Shown: one piece after another, positions 30,011-39,930 of the stretch
How positions within the stretch are numbered: the stretch's first letter is position 1
Layout: each line of letters starts with the position of its first letter
Assembly: GCA_963751925.1 (NCBI GenBank)
Contig: CAVVWJ010000002.1
Coordinates: 1,510,560 to 1,574,559, forward strand
DNA from: an uncultured Gemmatimonadales bacterium
Lineage (GTDB): Bacteria > Gemmatimonadota > Gemmatimonadetes > Gemmatimonadales > GWC2-71-9
Length of the DNA: 64,000 bases
Reading direction: 5' to 3'
The notes under the pieces: model-generated
Database searches by the model: none
The model's input: only the letters and a program-made list of their open reading frames with translations
Told to the model about the DNA's origin: nothing
Made by a program: the position numbers and the translations under genes

Positions 30011-30040
30011 TCGACCCTAGACCCTAGACCTTCGACCTTC
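30011..30040. repeat. four tandem 7-bp units T[CA]GACC[CT] followed by a T-rich tract
   Basis: tcgaccc tagaccc tagacct tcgacct, then tctttattt. The upstream GTCGAGGG (29983-29990) is partly complementary. Confidence 0.7.
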
Positions 30041-30054
30041 TTTATTTCGGTCCT

Positions 30055-30744
30055 GTGATCCGTTTTTCCAACGTCTACAAAGCCTATCCCAACGGCGCGC
30101 TGGCCCTGAAGGACGTGAACTTCCACGTCTCCAAGGGTGAGTTCGTGTTTCTAACCGGGCATTCCGGTGCGGGAAAGTCCACCATCATGAAAGTGTTGTT
30201 CGCCGAGCAGCGCCCGACGGCGGGTGAAGTCCGGGTCTCCGGCTACGACGTGAGCACACTCAAGCCGGCGGATGTACCGCGGCTCCGGCGGCGGCTCGGC
30301 GTAGTCTTTCAAGACTTCCGCTTGCTGGAGGACCGAACCGCTGAAGAGAACATCGCCTTTGCGTTGGAGGTGACCGGTGCCCGGACCGACACCATCGCTG
30401 CCCGGGTGATGCGAGTTCTGACCCAGGTCGGTCTTTCCTCGAAGAGCAGGGCGTATCCGAGGGAGCTATCCGGAGGCGAGCAACAGAGGGTCGCCATCGC
30501 TCGAGCGCTCGTCAACGATCCCGCAATACTTCTGGCGGATGAGCCCACCGGCAACCTGGATGAGCGGGCGACCCGAGGTGTCTTTCAACTTCTCCGCGAC
30601 ATCAACGCCGGCGGGACCGTTGTTGTCATGGCCACTCACGATCTCGATCTGGTGCGGCAGACCTCCTATCGCACCGTGGAGATGAGGGACGGAAGCCTGG
30701 TCTATGACAGTGCGGTGGATGAGGCCGCGGCGGAGGCGCAGTGA
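30055..30744 (+). CDS. ftsE: cell division ATP-binding protein FtsE
   Basis: Walker [10 protein letters not shown], signature [15 protein letters not shown], Walker [13 protein letters not shown]. Followed by ftsX. Confidence 0.9.
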   Translation: MIRFSNVYKAYPNGALALKDVNFHVSKGEFVFLTGHSGAGKSTIMKVLFAEQRPTAGEVRVSGYDVSTLKPADVPRLRRRLGVVFQDFRLLEDRTAEENIAFALEVTGARTDTIAARVMRVLTQVGLSSKSRAYPRELSGGEQQRVAIARALVNDPAILLADEPTGNLDERATRGVFQLLRDINAGGTVVVMATHDLDLVRQTSYRTVEMRDGSLVYDSAVDEAAAEAQ

Positions 30745-31613
30745 AGCTCCTCACTCGTGAGGCGCTCCTCTCGTTTCGCCGGGCCCCACTGCTCTCCGTT
30801 CTTTCGGTTACGACCATCGCTTTCTCGTTGTTCACCGTCGGGTTGTTCGGCCTCGTCGCCGTCAACCTCCGCGCCGCGCTCAAGGGACTCGAGGAGAGGG
30901 TAGAAATCGTCGCCTTTACCCTGCGAGGCACCCCGTCCGAGACGATCGTCATCGCCACTCAGGACATCGCGGCGTTCCCCGAGGTCAGGGACGTGAGTTT
31001 CGTGAGCGAGGAGGCGGCCCTACAACGGGCCCGGGCCGAGCTGATCGAGTTCCGCGACGCGTATCGCGATCTCCAGATCAATCCGCTTCCCGCCTCGATC
31101 GAAGTGCGGTTGAAAGACGGCTATCGCGATGCCGCCACAGTCGAGCGAGTGGCCCAGCGACTTCGGAACTTTCCCTTCATTGAAGACGTGCGCTACGGCC
31201 GGGAGTGGGTGCAGAAGCTCGACCATCTGCGCAACATCACTGGCCTGGTCGGGCTCGTCATTGGCCTGGCCTTCGCAGCGGTCGCGATCGTCATCATCGG
31301 CGTCACCATCCGACTCACGCTCCTCCAGCGCGCCCGGGAGATCTCGATCATGCGGTTGGTTGGCGCCACCAACTGGTTCATACGCGGTCCGTTCCTCCTG
31401 GAGGGGGCTCTCAAGGGATTGCTGGGAGGGCTGCTTTCGCTGGTCCTGTGCTACGGGGGATACCTGCTCTTTCGCGACAAAAGCGGCGGCGCGCTCGCGG
31501 GGTTGATCTTCTTTCGGCCTGAACAGATGGCCCTGATCGTCGTCTTCGGGGTTCTGCTCGGCCTCGCGGGAAGTCTGGTGAGTGTGGGGCGGCACCTGCG
31601 GCATGTACGATAA
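30741..31613 (+). CDS. ftsX: cell division permease FtsX
   Basis: Four-TM FtsX topology with a periplasmic loop. Its start overlaps the ftsE stop. Confidence 0.85.
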   Translation: MKLLTREALLSFRRAPLLSVLSVTTIAFSLFTVGLFGLVAVNLRAALKGLEERVEIVAFTLRGTPSETIVIATQDIAAFPEVRDVSFVSEEAALQRARAELIEFRDAYRDLQINPLPASIEVRLKDGYRDAATVERVAQRLRNFPFIEDVRYGREWVQKLDHLRNITGLVGLVIGLAFAAVAIVIIGVTIRLTLLQRAREISIMRLVGATNWFIRGPFLLEGALKGLLGGLLSLVLCYGGYLLFRDKSGGALAGLIFFRPEQMALIVVFGVLLGLAGSLVSVGRHLRHVR

Positions 31614-31717
31614 ATCAGAAGGAGCGAAAAGGGCGGAAAGACTCCGGGCAGTTGGCGTAATCAGCTGTCGGCAGCTTCTTCTGTTCCGCTTCTTCCCGTC
31701 CATTCCGTCTTTCCATC

Positions 31718-32875
31718 CTGCTGCTCCTCGTCTCCAGCACCGCGGCGCATGCGCAGGGAAACGCGGAGCTGGAGGCGAGCCGCCGCCGACTGGAGGAGAT
31801 CAGGGCCGAACGGGACCAGCTCCAGCAACAGCAGCGCAAACTGCAGGGCCAGGTACACGACGTCCACGACGAGCTGAGCAACCTGGAGCGGCAGCGCGAA
31901 TCGACCCAGCGTATCGTCGGTGAGATCGAACGGCAGATTGGCGGCCTGGCATCTCAGCTGGACCGCTCCAGCGCCGAGCTGATCCTGGCACAGGACAACC
32001 TGGCAGAGCGGCGCGCTGTGTTGCAGCGCCGGCTGGTCGACATCTACAAACGTGGATCGCTCCACACCTTCCAGGTGCTGCTGGCGGCGGAATCGTTCGG
32101 GGACCTCCTGAGCCGCTACAAATATCTCTATCTCACCAGTGAGCAGGATCGGTCGCTCGTGAGCGATGTCGAGAAGCTGAGGAACCGGGTGGTGCATCAG
32201 CGGAACAACATCTTGAATGTTCGGGGCGAGCTCGACCGCCGGCGCGAAGAGCGCGAAGCCGAGTTCTCGAAGTACACCGAGCTCGCGACCGAGCGGACCC
32301 AGAAGCTCCAGGTGCTGCAACGCTCGGCCCAGAATACCGAGCGACGCCTGTCGAGTCTGCAGAAAGACGAGGCACGACTGAACGGGCTCCTCGCCTCACT
32401 GGAGCGCGCCCGGCGTGACGAGATGGCCCGGGGCTCGCTTGGGGGAGGTGCTAGTACTCCCGGGACGATCACGACGGCGGACCTGGGGAAGCTCGACTGG
32501 CCGGTGGAAGGAGCAATCGTCTACAAGTTCGGCCGCGATACCCTGCCGAGCGGTGGGATCATCCGTTGGAATGGGATCGGCATTGCCGCCGGGCTTGGCA
32601 CCCCGGTCAAGGCAGTGGAGGCGGGCAAGGTACGCCTGGTGGGACAGTTCGGGACCTATGGCCTCACGGTGGTTCTGGAGCATGGCAACGGCTACTACTC
32701 GGTGTACTCCCACCTGGAGTCAGCCGCAGTCAAACTGGGCGCATCGGTGAGTAAGGGTGGGATGATTGGAGGGGTGGGAGGTCAGAACTCCGATTATGGG
32801 CCGCACCTGCACTTCGAGATTCGCGGTGAAAACCAGGTAGCGCTCGATCCGACAACCTGGCTTCGGCGCCGCTGA
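31718..32875 (+). CDS. EnvC-like murein hydrolase activator (coiled coil + M23/LytM domain); 5' boundary unresolved
   Basis: The frame is open from 31661 and encodes a signal-like RLSILLLLVSSTAAHAQ, a long coiled coil and a C-terminal M23 domain (GIGIAAGLGTPVKAV...HLHFEIR). There is no ATG/GTG/TTG in frame before GTG 32018, and the nominal start given is the first in-frame CTG. Confidence 0.75.
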   Translation: MLLLVSSTAAHAQGNAELEASRRRLEEIRAERDQLQQQQRKLQGQVHDVHDELSNLERQRESTQRIVGEIERQIGGLASQLDRSSAELILAQDNLAERRAVLQRRLVDIYKRGSLHTFQVLLAAESFGDLLSRYKYLYLTSEQDRSLVSDVEKLRNRVVHQRNNILNVRGELDRRREEREAEFSKYTELATERTQKLQVLQRSAQNTERRLSSLQKDEARLNGLLASLERARRDEMARGSLGGGASTPGTITTADLGKLDWPVEGAIVYKFGRDTLPSGGIIRWNGIGIAAGLGTPVKAVEAGKVRLVGQFGTYGLTVVLEHGNGYYSVYSHLESAAVKLGASVSKGGMIGGVGGQNSDYGPHLHFEIRGENQVALDPTTWLRRR

Positions 32876-32891
32876 TCCGGGAAACGACCGG

Positions 32892-34271
32892 CTACAACGC
32901 CACTCCGATTCGCTCTCCCACCTGGGCCTTCCCTCGCATCAATGCCGCTTCCACCAGGGCGTAGAGATCGTCGCTCTGGGTAACCGCGGGATGGGGATAC
33001 GTCACAATCCCGGCGCTGAAGCGGGGCCGGTCATCCCGGGGATCGCTCTCGGCTGGAAGTGCCGCGAGCCGCTCGCGCACTCTCAAAACCGATTGCCGAG
33101 CCCCGATCTGCCCCGTCTCCGGCAGCACCAACGCAAACTCGCTGCCGCTATAGGGAACTACGAAGTCAGGGACCCGCAACTCCCGCCGCAGAACAGTGCC
33201 CACGCTTTGACTCAGCTGCTCGGCTGCCTCGGGGCCAGCCCGGCCTTCGACGGCCGGTAGTTCGTCGACACCCAGCAAAATGAGACTGAAGCTGAGCGAG
33301 TACCGACGGGCTCGCTCAAACTCCTCCTGAACTCGCCGATCGAGTGCGTCCAAGCCAGTGCCCGCGTCAGATGCCGCCTCTCTGAGCGCAGCGTCCGTAT
33401 CGGCGCGAGATCCGTTCTGACCCCCGTTCAACGCCAGTGCCGCCGCGCGGGCCAGCCCGGCTGCGAGCTCGAGCTGGGCCGAGGTCAGGTGACGATGCGC
33501 TTCTCGAGTACGGAGCAAAAGAGTGCCCGAGACGCGGTCATTCAGTTCAGCCGGAATGACGATCAGCGTCCGCGGCGTATCCGATACGTGCTTGGCATGT
33601 ACCGGTTTTACTACGGTTCTCCGGGTCCGTATTGCCTCGGTGATCTCAGGGTGCAACGCGAGATCCACTTGGTCCACGGCCGCGGGCCGCTGAATCTCGG
33701 CCACGATCCTTCCGCGGTCCTCACCCGGCTTGATGGCCACGAACGAGCAGTGTGCCAGATCGAGGCTTCGAGCCAGCCGCCGCACCAGCCCCAGAACGAC
33801 GTCATCCGGGTCCAGGGTACCGGCTTCGCCCGCAACAATGGACTCGGAACCCGACATCGTTTGCCCCGGCTGAGCCGTTCCGGCGGCTTCCTGGCGATCG
33901 CGAATCCGGGCGTACAGCCTGGCGCACAGCTCCGGGAGGTGCACCGGAGCACCCAGGGCATCGGCAGCCCCCAGGGCCAAGGCGGCTGCCGGGGCGTCCG
34001 GGTTGGTGGTCGAGAGAAGCACGATTCGGGGTGGGACTACATTACCCTCTCGGGAAACTGTGGGGAGCAGATCCGCGACCGGATCCTGGTTGATATCCGC
34101 GAGGGTGATCAGGATGGCATCGGCATCGGGGTCGCTACTGGGCTCCTCGCGTTCGACCAGCTGAAAGCCCGCCCGGGTGAGGGCGCGCTCGAGGCCGGCT
34201 GGCCGGGCAGACGCTTCACCGACGAGGAGCACCCGCGGACGCGCGGGCGGCTCCCCTGCCTTGCCGTTCAC
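32892..34271 (-). CDS. pseudo-receiver - GAF - degenerate GGDEF domain protein
   Basis: The REC-like N-terminus lacks the acidic pocket and phospho-Asp (VLLVGE, AILITL). There is a central GAF-like region. The GGDEF domain carries SGSEF in place of GG[DE]EF, while RVPD sits exactly 5 residues upstream (I-site spacing). Confidence 0.75.
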   Translation of the reverse strand: MNGKAGEPPARPRVLLVGEASARPAGLERALTRAGFQLVEREEPSSDPDADAILITLADINQDPVADLLPTVSREGNVVPPRIVLLSTTNPDAPAAALALGAADALGAPVHLPELCARLYARIRDRQEAAGTAQPGQTMSGSESIVAGEAGTLDPDDVVLGLVRRLARSLDLAHCSFVAIKPGEDRGRIVAEIQRPAAVDQVDLALHPEITEAIRTRRTVVKPVHAKHVSDTPRTLIVIPAELNDRVSGTLLLRTREAHRHLTSAQLELAAGLARAAALALNGGQNGSRADTDAALREAASDAGTGLDALDRRVQEEFERARRYSLSFSLILLGVDELPAVEGRAGPEAAEQLSQSVGTVLRRELRVPDFVVPYSGSEFALVLPETGQIGARQSVLRVRERLAALPAESDPRDDRPRFSAGIVTYPHPAVTQSDDLYALVEAALMRGKAQVGERIGVAL

Positions 34272-34288
34272 GCGTTACAGAGGGGCAA

Positions 34289-35164
34289 ATGCATCAGCCG
34301 AGTACGCCGGAGCGTTTGGGGGCTCATGTGTCGGTCCAGGGTGGCGTCGAAAAGGCGCCGGTCAGGGGTAAGGCGATCGGAGCGACCGCGATTCAGGTCT
34401 TCACCAAGACGCCCAGCCAATGGCGAGAGCCGGACATCTCCATGGAGTCGTGCGCCGCGTTCCAGCGGGAGTGCGAGCGCTGCGAATTATCCAGTATAGT
34501 GGGGCATGATTCGTACCTTATCAACCTCGCCTCACCGGATCGAGTGTTAAACGCTCGTTCACAGGCGTCTTTCATCGCCGAGCTTCGCCGCTGTGAAGCA
34601 CTTGGGATTCGGCATCTGGTGTCGCACCCGGGCAACTACATCGATGACCGGGAAGCCGGCCTTGCACGAAATGCGGCTGCCTACACCCGGTGTCTCGCGA
34701 CCGTCTCCAGCGATGTCATGGTGTTGCTCGAGACCACCGCCGGCTGCGGCACTGCACTGGGTAGCACCTTCCAGGAACTCGGGATGCTCCGGGACATGAT
34801 CGGGGAGGAGGTCCGGCATCGGGTGGCATTCTGTGCCGACACTTGTCACCTCTACTCCGCCGGGTACGACCTGGTCAACGAGTACGAAGCGGTCTGGCAA
34901 CAGTGGGATGATGTCCTCGGCCTGGAGCAGCTGATCTGTATGCATCTGAACGACTCCAAGACAAAATTTGCATCCCACCGTGATCGTCACGAGCTCATTG
35001 CAGAAGGGTCTCTGGGCCCCAAGCCGTTCCGCCGGATCATGACCGATCCGCGCCTGGCACACGTCATCAAGATTCTGGAAACCCCTAAAGGTGACGATGA
35101 GGTCACAGCGGATCGGAAGATGCTACGGCGTTTGCGGCGGTATGCGCGAACGGTAGCGCGTTGA
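34289..35164 (+). CDS. nfo: endonuclease IV (deoxyribonuclease IV)
   Basis: LGAHVS, HDSYLINL, HPGN, DTCH and HLNDSK metal-ligand motifs. TTG 34316 is an alternative start. Confidence 0.9.
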   Translation: MHQPSTPERLGAHVSVQGGVEKAPVRGKAIGATAIQVFTKTPSQWREPDISMESCAAFQRECERCELSSIVGHDSYLINLASPDRVLNARSQASFIAELRRCEALGIRHLVSHPGNYIDDREAGLARNAAAYTRCLATVSSDVMVLLETTAGCGTALGSTFQELGMLRDMIGEEVRHRVAFCADTCHLYSAGYDLVNEYEAVWQQWDDVLGLEQLICMHLNDSKTKFASHRDRHELIAEGSLGPKPFRRIMTDPRLAHVIKILETPKGDDEVTADRKMLRRLRRYARTVAR

Positions 35165-35196
35165 CCGCGTCTCCTTCTCTCGCCATACTTGCGCCC

Positions 35197-35793
35197 ATGC
35201 GAGCCATCCTGTTCCTCTCCATGATGTTGCCGGCAAGCAGCACTGTGCTGTCGGCTCAGGTGGACTACTACGGTCGGCTCGGTGTCAGCTGGACCACCAA
35301 ACTGGTCCGGGATGTCGTGACCACACCGATCGATACCCGTCAGAGTCTGGCGCCAACCCTCTTCCTGGGCGCGGCGTTTCCAATCGCCCCACTGTACCGG
35401 GTTGGATTGGAAGCGGCGCTGGCCACGTCGGGGTACCACAGCACCGAGGGCGGCACCCAAACCAGTCTCGGCACTGTTCGAACCGCTTCCATCATGCTCG
35501 ATCTGGAGGGGCCGATCTGGCAGACCTTTCGCTACCGTGCCGGGGCCGGACTGATTCATTATCTCCCGAGTGAGGATGAAGGCATCTTTCTGAGAGGTGG
35601 GTCCACCGAATTCCTGGCCGGTGCCGGTGTGGACTATCGTAGGGGCATTCTGTCGAGCTGGGACCTGATGACGTCCCTTAGATACGACTTCCATCGTTTC
35701 TCGACCAGCGAGCTCGAGGCCCGAGGCTTCACTCACAAGCAAGGGGTCCAGCGAATATCCGCATCCATTGGACTGGCTCGGGCGCACCGATGA
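35197..35793 (+). CDS. putative small outer-membrane beta-barrel protein
   Basis: Signal peptide MRAILFLSMMLPASSTVLSAQ and alternating amphipathic strands. Confidence 0.5.
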   Translation: MRAILFLSMMLPASSTVLSAQVDYYGRLGVSWTTKLVRDVVTTPIDTRQSLAPTLFLGAAFPIAPLYRVGLEAALATSGYHSTEGGTQTSLGTVRTASIMLDLEGPIWQTFRYRAGAGLIHYLPSEDEGIFLRGGSTEFLAGAGVDYRRGILSSWDLMTSLRYDFHRFSTSELEARGFTHKQGVQRISASIGLARAHR

Positions 35794-36464
35794 TATCGGC
35801 CCGGGCAGACATCGTTCTGAAGCTCTCGATTATAGGGGCAACGCTGATCGCCTGTGCCGACATCGCGGCGCCGAACAGGAGTGAGGCCTACGAATGGCGG
35901 CGCCTCGAGCCTTCGGCCAGCGGCGGAGTCGACACCCTGACCTTTCATTGGCCTCGTTCGGCTTTGCCGGTGAAAGTCTGGGCCGAGGATGTGCTGGATC
36001 TGCCGCTACACGTGCAGCATGGTATCGACCGGTGGCAAGCGGCATTTCTGTATCGTGAGTTCCAGGCCACGCTGGTTTCGGACTCGAACGTGGCCGACGT
36101 GATCGTGGCGACGGGAATCCCGCCAAAAACCGGATTTGCCGTTATCCGTCTCGAGAGCCTCTTCGCCCCGGAGTGTCAGGGTGGCACGGATGTCGAGCTG
36201 ACGCCCGACGAGACCCAGATTCAGCTCCCGTTCCGGGTCTTTGTGGACGCCAGGGTGGCCACCTCAAACCCTGCTCTGGACCAGTGCATGGATTTGACGG
36301 TAACCCATGAGCTGGGGCATGCATTTGGCATCTTCAACCACTCGCCGCGCCCAACTGATATCATGTTTGCCGACCCGACCGTGACGGAGCTCAGTCCCGG
36401 TGATCAGGCCACCGCAGAGCTGGCTTACCACACCGAGCCGAATCTGACGGTCGCGCCGCGATGA
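35790..36464 (+). CDS. metzincin-like zinc metalloprotease lipoprotein
   Basis: Lipobox LIAC, the [12 protein letters not shown] zinc motif, and a DIMF Met-turn candidate. ATGA overlap with the upstream gene. Confidence 0.7.
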   Translation: MISARADIVLKLSIIGATLIACADIAAPNRSEAYEWRRLEPSASGGVDTLTFHWPRSALPVKVWAEDVLDLPLHVQHGIDRWQAAFLYREFQATLVSDSNVADVIVATGIPPKTGFAVIRLESLFAPECQGGTDVELTPDETQIQLPFRVFVDARVATSNPALDQCMDLTVTHELGHAFGIFNHSPRPTDIMFADPTVTELSPGDQATAELAYHTEPNLTVAPR

Positions 36465-36540
36465 GGTTGCACCACGGCAGCGAGTCATTGATCTTTCGGT
36501 CAAGGCCGTTTGCCGCGCCGCGCACGCGCATTGGGAGACT

Positions 36541-38136
36541 ATGACAGAAATCGCTGCAGCCCCTCGCGAAAACCTCACGCTGGTTGAGCACGGCCTTTTT
36601 CCCATCCGGATCTATCCCAACCTGACGCCGCCAAGTCTCATCGAGCACGCACTTCGCCGGAGCGAAGGGGCACTGACGAAGCAGGGGGCATTTGCAGCCA
36701 TTACATCACCGCACACCGGCCGATCCGCCAAGGACAAGTTTCTAGTCGAGGAACCGGGCAGCAGCGACCGGATTTGGTGGGACAAGAACGCACGTCTCGA
36801 TTCGGCCGCGTTCGACCGGCTGTTGGACGACGTGAGAGCCTATCTGGATTCGCGTGAGCTATTCGTTCAGGACCTGTTTGCCGGCGCCGACCCGGCGTAT
36901 CGCCTTCCGGTTCGGTTCATCACGCCCAACGCGTGGCATGCGCTCTTTGTGCGCAACATGTTCATCCGGGCGGTTCCCGCGGAGCTGGCTCAGTTCCGCC
37001 CCGGGTTCACGGTACTCCACGCGCCGGATCTTCAGGCGGACCCGCAGCGCCACGGAACCCGCACCGGCACGTTCATCGTCATCCATTTCGGCAAGAAGCT
37101 TGTTCTGATTGGCGGAACCCGGTATGCCGGGGAGATGAAGAAGTCGATCTTCAGCGCGCTCAACTACCTCCTTCCGGCTCAGGGGGTCATGCCGATGCAC
37201 TGCTCGGCGAACGTGGGCCCTGCTGGCGATACCGCCATTTTCTTTGGGCTGTCCGGCACCGGCAAGACGACGCTCTCCGCCGATCCGAGCCGCCAGCTCA
37301 TCGGCGATGACGAGCACGGGTGGAGCGACCGAGGGGTGTTCAACTTCGAGGGTGGTTGCTACGCCAAGGTGATCAGGCTTCGGCCCGACACCGAACCCGA
37401 GATCTACGCTGCGACCCAGATGTTCGGCACCGTGCTGGAGAACGTCGTGCTCGACCCGGCGACGCGAGAAGTGAACTTCGATGACGCCAGCATCACCGAG
37501 AACACCCGCGCCTGCTATCCCATCGACTATATCCCGAACCACCTACCGAGCGGCGCGGGGGGGCATCCCAGCAACATCGTTTTCCTCGCGGCCGATGCCT
37601 TCGGTGTAATGCCCCCGATTGCGCGGCTTACCGCCGAGCAGGCGATGTACCACTTCCTGTCAGGGTATACCGCCAAGGTTGCCGGGACCGAGCGTGGCGT
37701 GACCGAGCCGGCGGCAACATTCTCTGCCTGTTTCGGCGCCCCATTTCTTCCGCTTCACCCCGGGGTGTACGCCCGGATGCTGGGAGAGCGAATCTCCCGG
37801 CACAAGGCGAAGGTTTGGCTGGTGAATACCGGATGGACCGGCGGGCCCTACGGCACCGGTACCAGGATGAAGCTGGCACATACGCGGGCCATGCTCCGGG
37901 CAGCGCTTTCGGGCTCGCTCGACAAGGTCAAATTCACCAAGGACCCTGTGTTCGGGTTCGAGGTCCCCACCTCCGTTCCAGATGTCCCCTCGGCAGTGCT
38001 GTCTCCCCGAGGCACCTGGGCGGATCCCGCGGCGTATGACGCCCAGGCCAGAAAGCTCGCGACCATGTTTCGCGAGAACTTTCAACAGTTTCGCTCTGAG
38101 GTGCCGGACGCGGTGGCAAAGGCTGAGCCGGTGTGA
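36541..38136 (+). CDS. pckA: phosphoenolpyruvate carboxykinase (ATP)
   Basis: GRSAKDKF, the kinase-1a motif [19 protein letters not shown] and [15 protein letters not shown] Shine-Dalgarno before the ATG. Confidence 0.95.
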   Translation: MTEIAAAPRENLTLVEHGLFPIRIYPNLTPPSLIEHALRRSEGALTKQGAFAAITSPHTGRSAKDKFLVEEPGSSDRIWWDKNARLDSAAFDRLLDDVRAYLDSRELFVQDLFAGADPAYRLPVRFITPNAWHALFVRNMFIRAVPAELAQFRPGFTVLHAPDLQADPQRHGTRTGTFIVIHFGKKLVLIGGTRYAGEMKKSIFSALNYLLPAQGVMPMHCSANVGPAGDTAIFFGLSGTGKTTLSADPSRQLIGDDEHGWSDRGVFNFEGGCYAKVIRLRPDTEPEIYAATQMFGTVLENVVLDPATREVNFDDASITENTRACYPIDYIPNHLPSGAGGHPSNIVFLAADAFGVMPPIARLTAEQAMYHFLSGYTAKVAGTERGVTEPAATFSACFGAPFLPLHPGVYARMLGERISRHKAKVWLVNTGWTGGPYGTGTRMKLAHTRAMLRAALSGSLDKVKFTKDPVFGFEVPTSVPDVPSAVLSPRGTWADPAAYDAQARKLATMFRENFQQFRSEVPDAVAKAEPV

Positions 38137-39452
38137 ATCGACGCGGCGGTAAGAGCAGAGCGTCTCCAGACCCCTCAGCTTCCGCCTCCGAGATTATTCG
38201 TGACCCGCTGTGGGACAACATCCGGGTTGATCCACCGGCGCTACTCGCCCTCGATACTCCGCCCGTTCAACGTCTCCGCTACATCCGCCAGCTGGGCCAT
38301 ACGTTCCTGGTGTATCCCGGTGCCACTCACACCCGCTTCGAGCACGCCCTCGGCGCGTATCATCTCACCCGCCGCGCGCTCGCGCTGCTCGGCGATCAAG
38401 GGGAGACAAGCCCAGCCTCCGAAGAAGACTGCCTGGCGGTTCGCATGGCGGCGCTGCTGCACGATGTGGGGCACTATCCGTTTTCCCACACGCTGGAGGA
38501 GGCCGGATTTCCATCGCACGAGGTATTGGGTGCGGCCAAGCTTCGGGAAGGAGCACTGGGCGAATGCCTGACGCGCATGGGCGGGCGGGACTTTCCCCGG
38601 GCGGTTGGGGAGCTCATCTCCGGCGTGAGCCGGAGCCCTCTGCAGGGACTCATCTCCGGCTCCATCGACCTGGACAAGGTTGATTATCTCAGCCGGGACG
38701 CCCGCATGTGTGGCGTCCCGTACGGCACTGTCGATGTCGACCGGCTGTTATCCTCGCTCACGCTGCTCGAGATCGAGCCGGGACGCTACGAGCTTGGAGT
38801 CCAGGAAAAGGGGATCAGCGCTCTCGAATCGCTGCTCTTTGCCAAGTACCAGATGTACCGGAACGTGTATTGGCATCACGCGGTGCGATCCGCCACCTGC
38901 ATGTTCAAGCGGGCGGTGCGGGCCGCGGTCAAGCGTGGCACCGTGACCGTGCAGGCCATCCCCGATGCCACTGACGACGGCCTGATGGAGCTTCTGATCG
39001 AGCGAGACCACAACCCACTGGCAGCCGCCATCCGGGCTCGCCGGCTGTACAAGCGCGCGATGGACCTCCCGGCGAGCGACGTCCCGGGGGATACCCAGCC
39101 CTGGGTAGCAGATGACCCCGATTTGCTCGAGCGGGTGGAGGACGCCATCGCCGCGGAGGTCGGCCTGCGGCCGGCGGAGCTGCTGCTGGATTTTCCCTCG
39201 CGATCCTCGATGCTGGGAGTCAACCTGCCGCTCCGAACTCGGGGAGGCGCCATCGAGCGGCTCACCGACGCGGGTCGCGCTGGACATCTGGGCTTGCCCA
39301 GGGTGGCAGATGAGCTGTACCGGAGCGCGAGGCGGCTCCGTATCTTTGTGGCAAATTCACCCGAACGGCCTTTGGACGGTGTGTTGGAAGTCTTGACGTG
39401 GCCGGCGGAGTCGGTAAATCGCCGTCTCCTGGAAGGATCGACTCTATTGTGA
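38133..39452 (+). CDS. HD-domain phosphohydrolase (dNTP triphosphohydrolase / SAMHD1-like family)
   Basis: [22 protein letters not shown] and DKVDYLSRD motifs. GTGA overlap with the pckA stop. Confidence 0.75.
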   Translation: MNRRGGKSRASPDPSASASEIIRDPLWDNIRVDPPALLALDTPPVQRLRYIRQLGHTFLVYPGATHTRFEHALGAYHLTRRALALLGDQGETSPASEEDCLAVRMAALLHDVGHYPFSHTLEEAGFPSHEVLGAAKLREGALGECLTRMGGRDFPRAVGELISGVSRSPLQGLISGSIDLDKVDYLSRDARMCGVPYGTVDVDRLLSSLTLLEIEPGRYELGVQEKGISALESLLFAKYQMYRNVYWHHAVRSATCMFKRAVRAAVKRGTVTVQAIPDATDDGLMELLIERDHNPLAAAIRARRLYKRAMDLPASDVPGDTQPWVADDPDLLERVEDAIAAEVGLRPAELLLDFPSRSSMLGVNLPLRTRGGAIERLTDAGRAGHLGLPRVADELYRSARRLRIFVANSPERPLDGVLEVLTWPAESVNRRLLEGSTLL

Positions 39453-39462
39453 GTGAACGCAG

Positions 39463-39930
39463 ATGATGGATAGAAGGGAATTCCTGGGGCATGCTGCCGG
39501 AGTCGTGGCGCTGGCCGTACTTACCAGAGCCGGCTGGGCCGAGACTGCCGGCACTCCCACGGCCATATCAGTGTACAAGAGCAGCAGCTGTGGTTGCTGC
39601 GCCAAGTGGGTGGAGTACCTGCGTCAGAACGGATTCGCACCGGTGGTGCACGACGAGGAGGCGATGGATGAGCTCAAGGACCGGCTGAGGATTCCAGACA
39701 AGGTCCGCTCCTGCCACACCGCGCAGATCGAGTCATATCTGATCGAGGGCCACGTGCCCGCCACCGATATTCGTCGTCTCTTGCGTGAGCGTCCCAAGGT
39801 AGCGGGCCTGTCAGTCCCCGGGATGCCTCCGCGCACTCCCGGCATGGCCGAGCCGGGAATTACGACCGGGGGATATGCCGTTGTTGCCTTTCAGCTCGAT
39901 GGTGGAACCCAGACGTTCGCGCGCCACTAA
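39463..39930 (+). CDS. DUF411 family periplasmic metal-binding protein with a Tat-type signal
   Basis: A RREFL twin-arginine motif, and the CGCCAKW and SCHT Cys motifs typical of DUF411. Confidence 0.75.
   Translation: MMDRREFLGHAAGVVALAVLTRAGWAETAGTPTAISVYKSSSCGCCAKWVEYLRQNGFAPVVHDEEAMDELKDRLRIPDKVRSCHTAQIESYLIEGHVPATDIRRLLRERPKVAGLSVPGMPPRTPGMAEPGITTGGYAVVAFQLDGGTQTFARH

Noticed and set aside
31582-31923. 113-aa ORF downstream of and overlapping the ftsX end.
   Set aside because: It is Arg/Ala/Gly/Pro-rich, and it overlaps the frame that encodes a clean signal peptide plus coiled coil continuous with the M23 domain. Only its ATG 31603 is of interest, as a possible displaced start.
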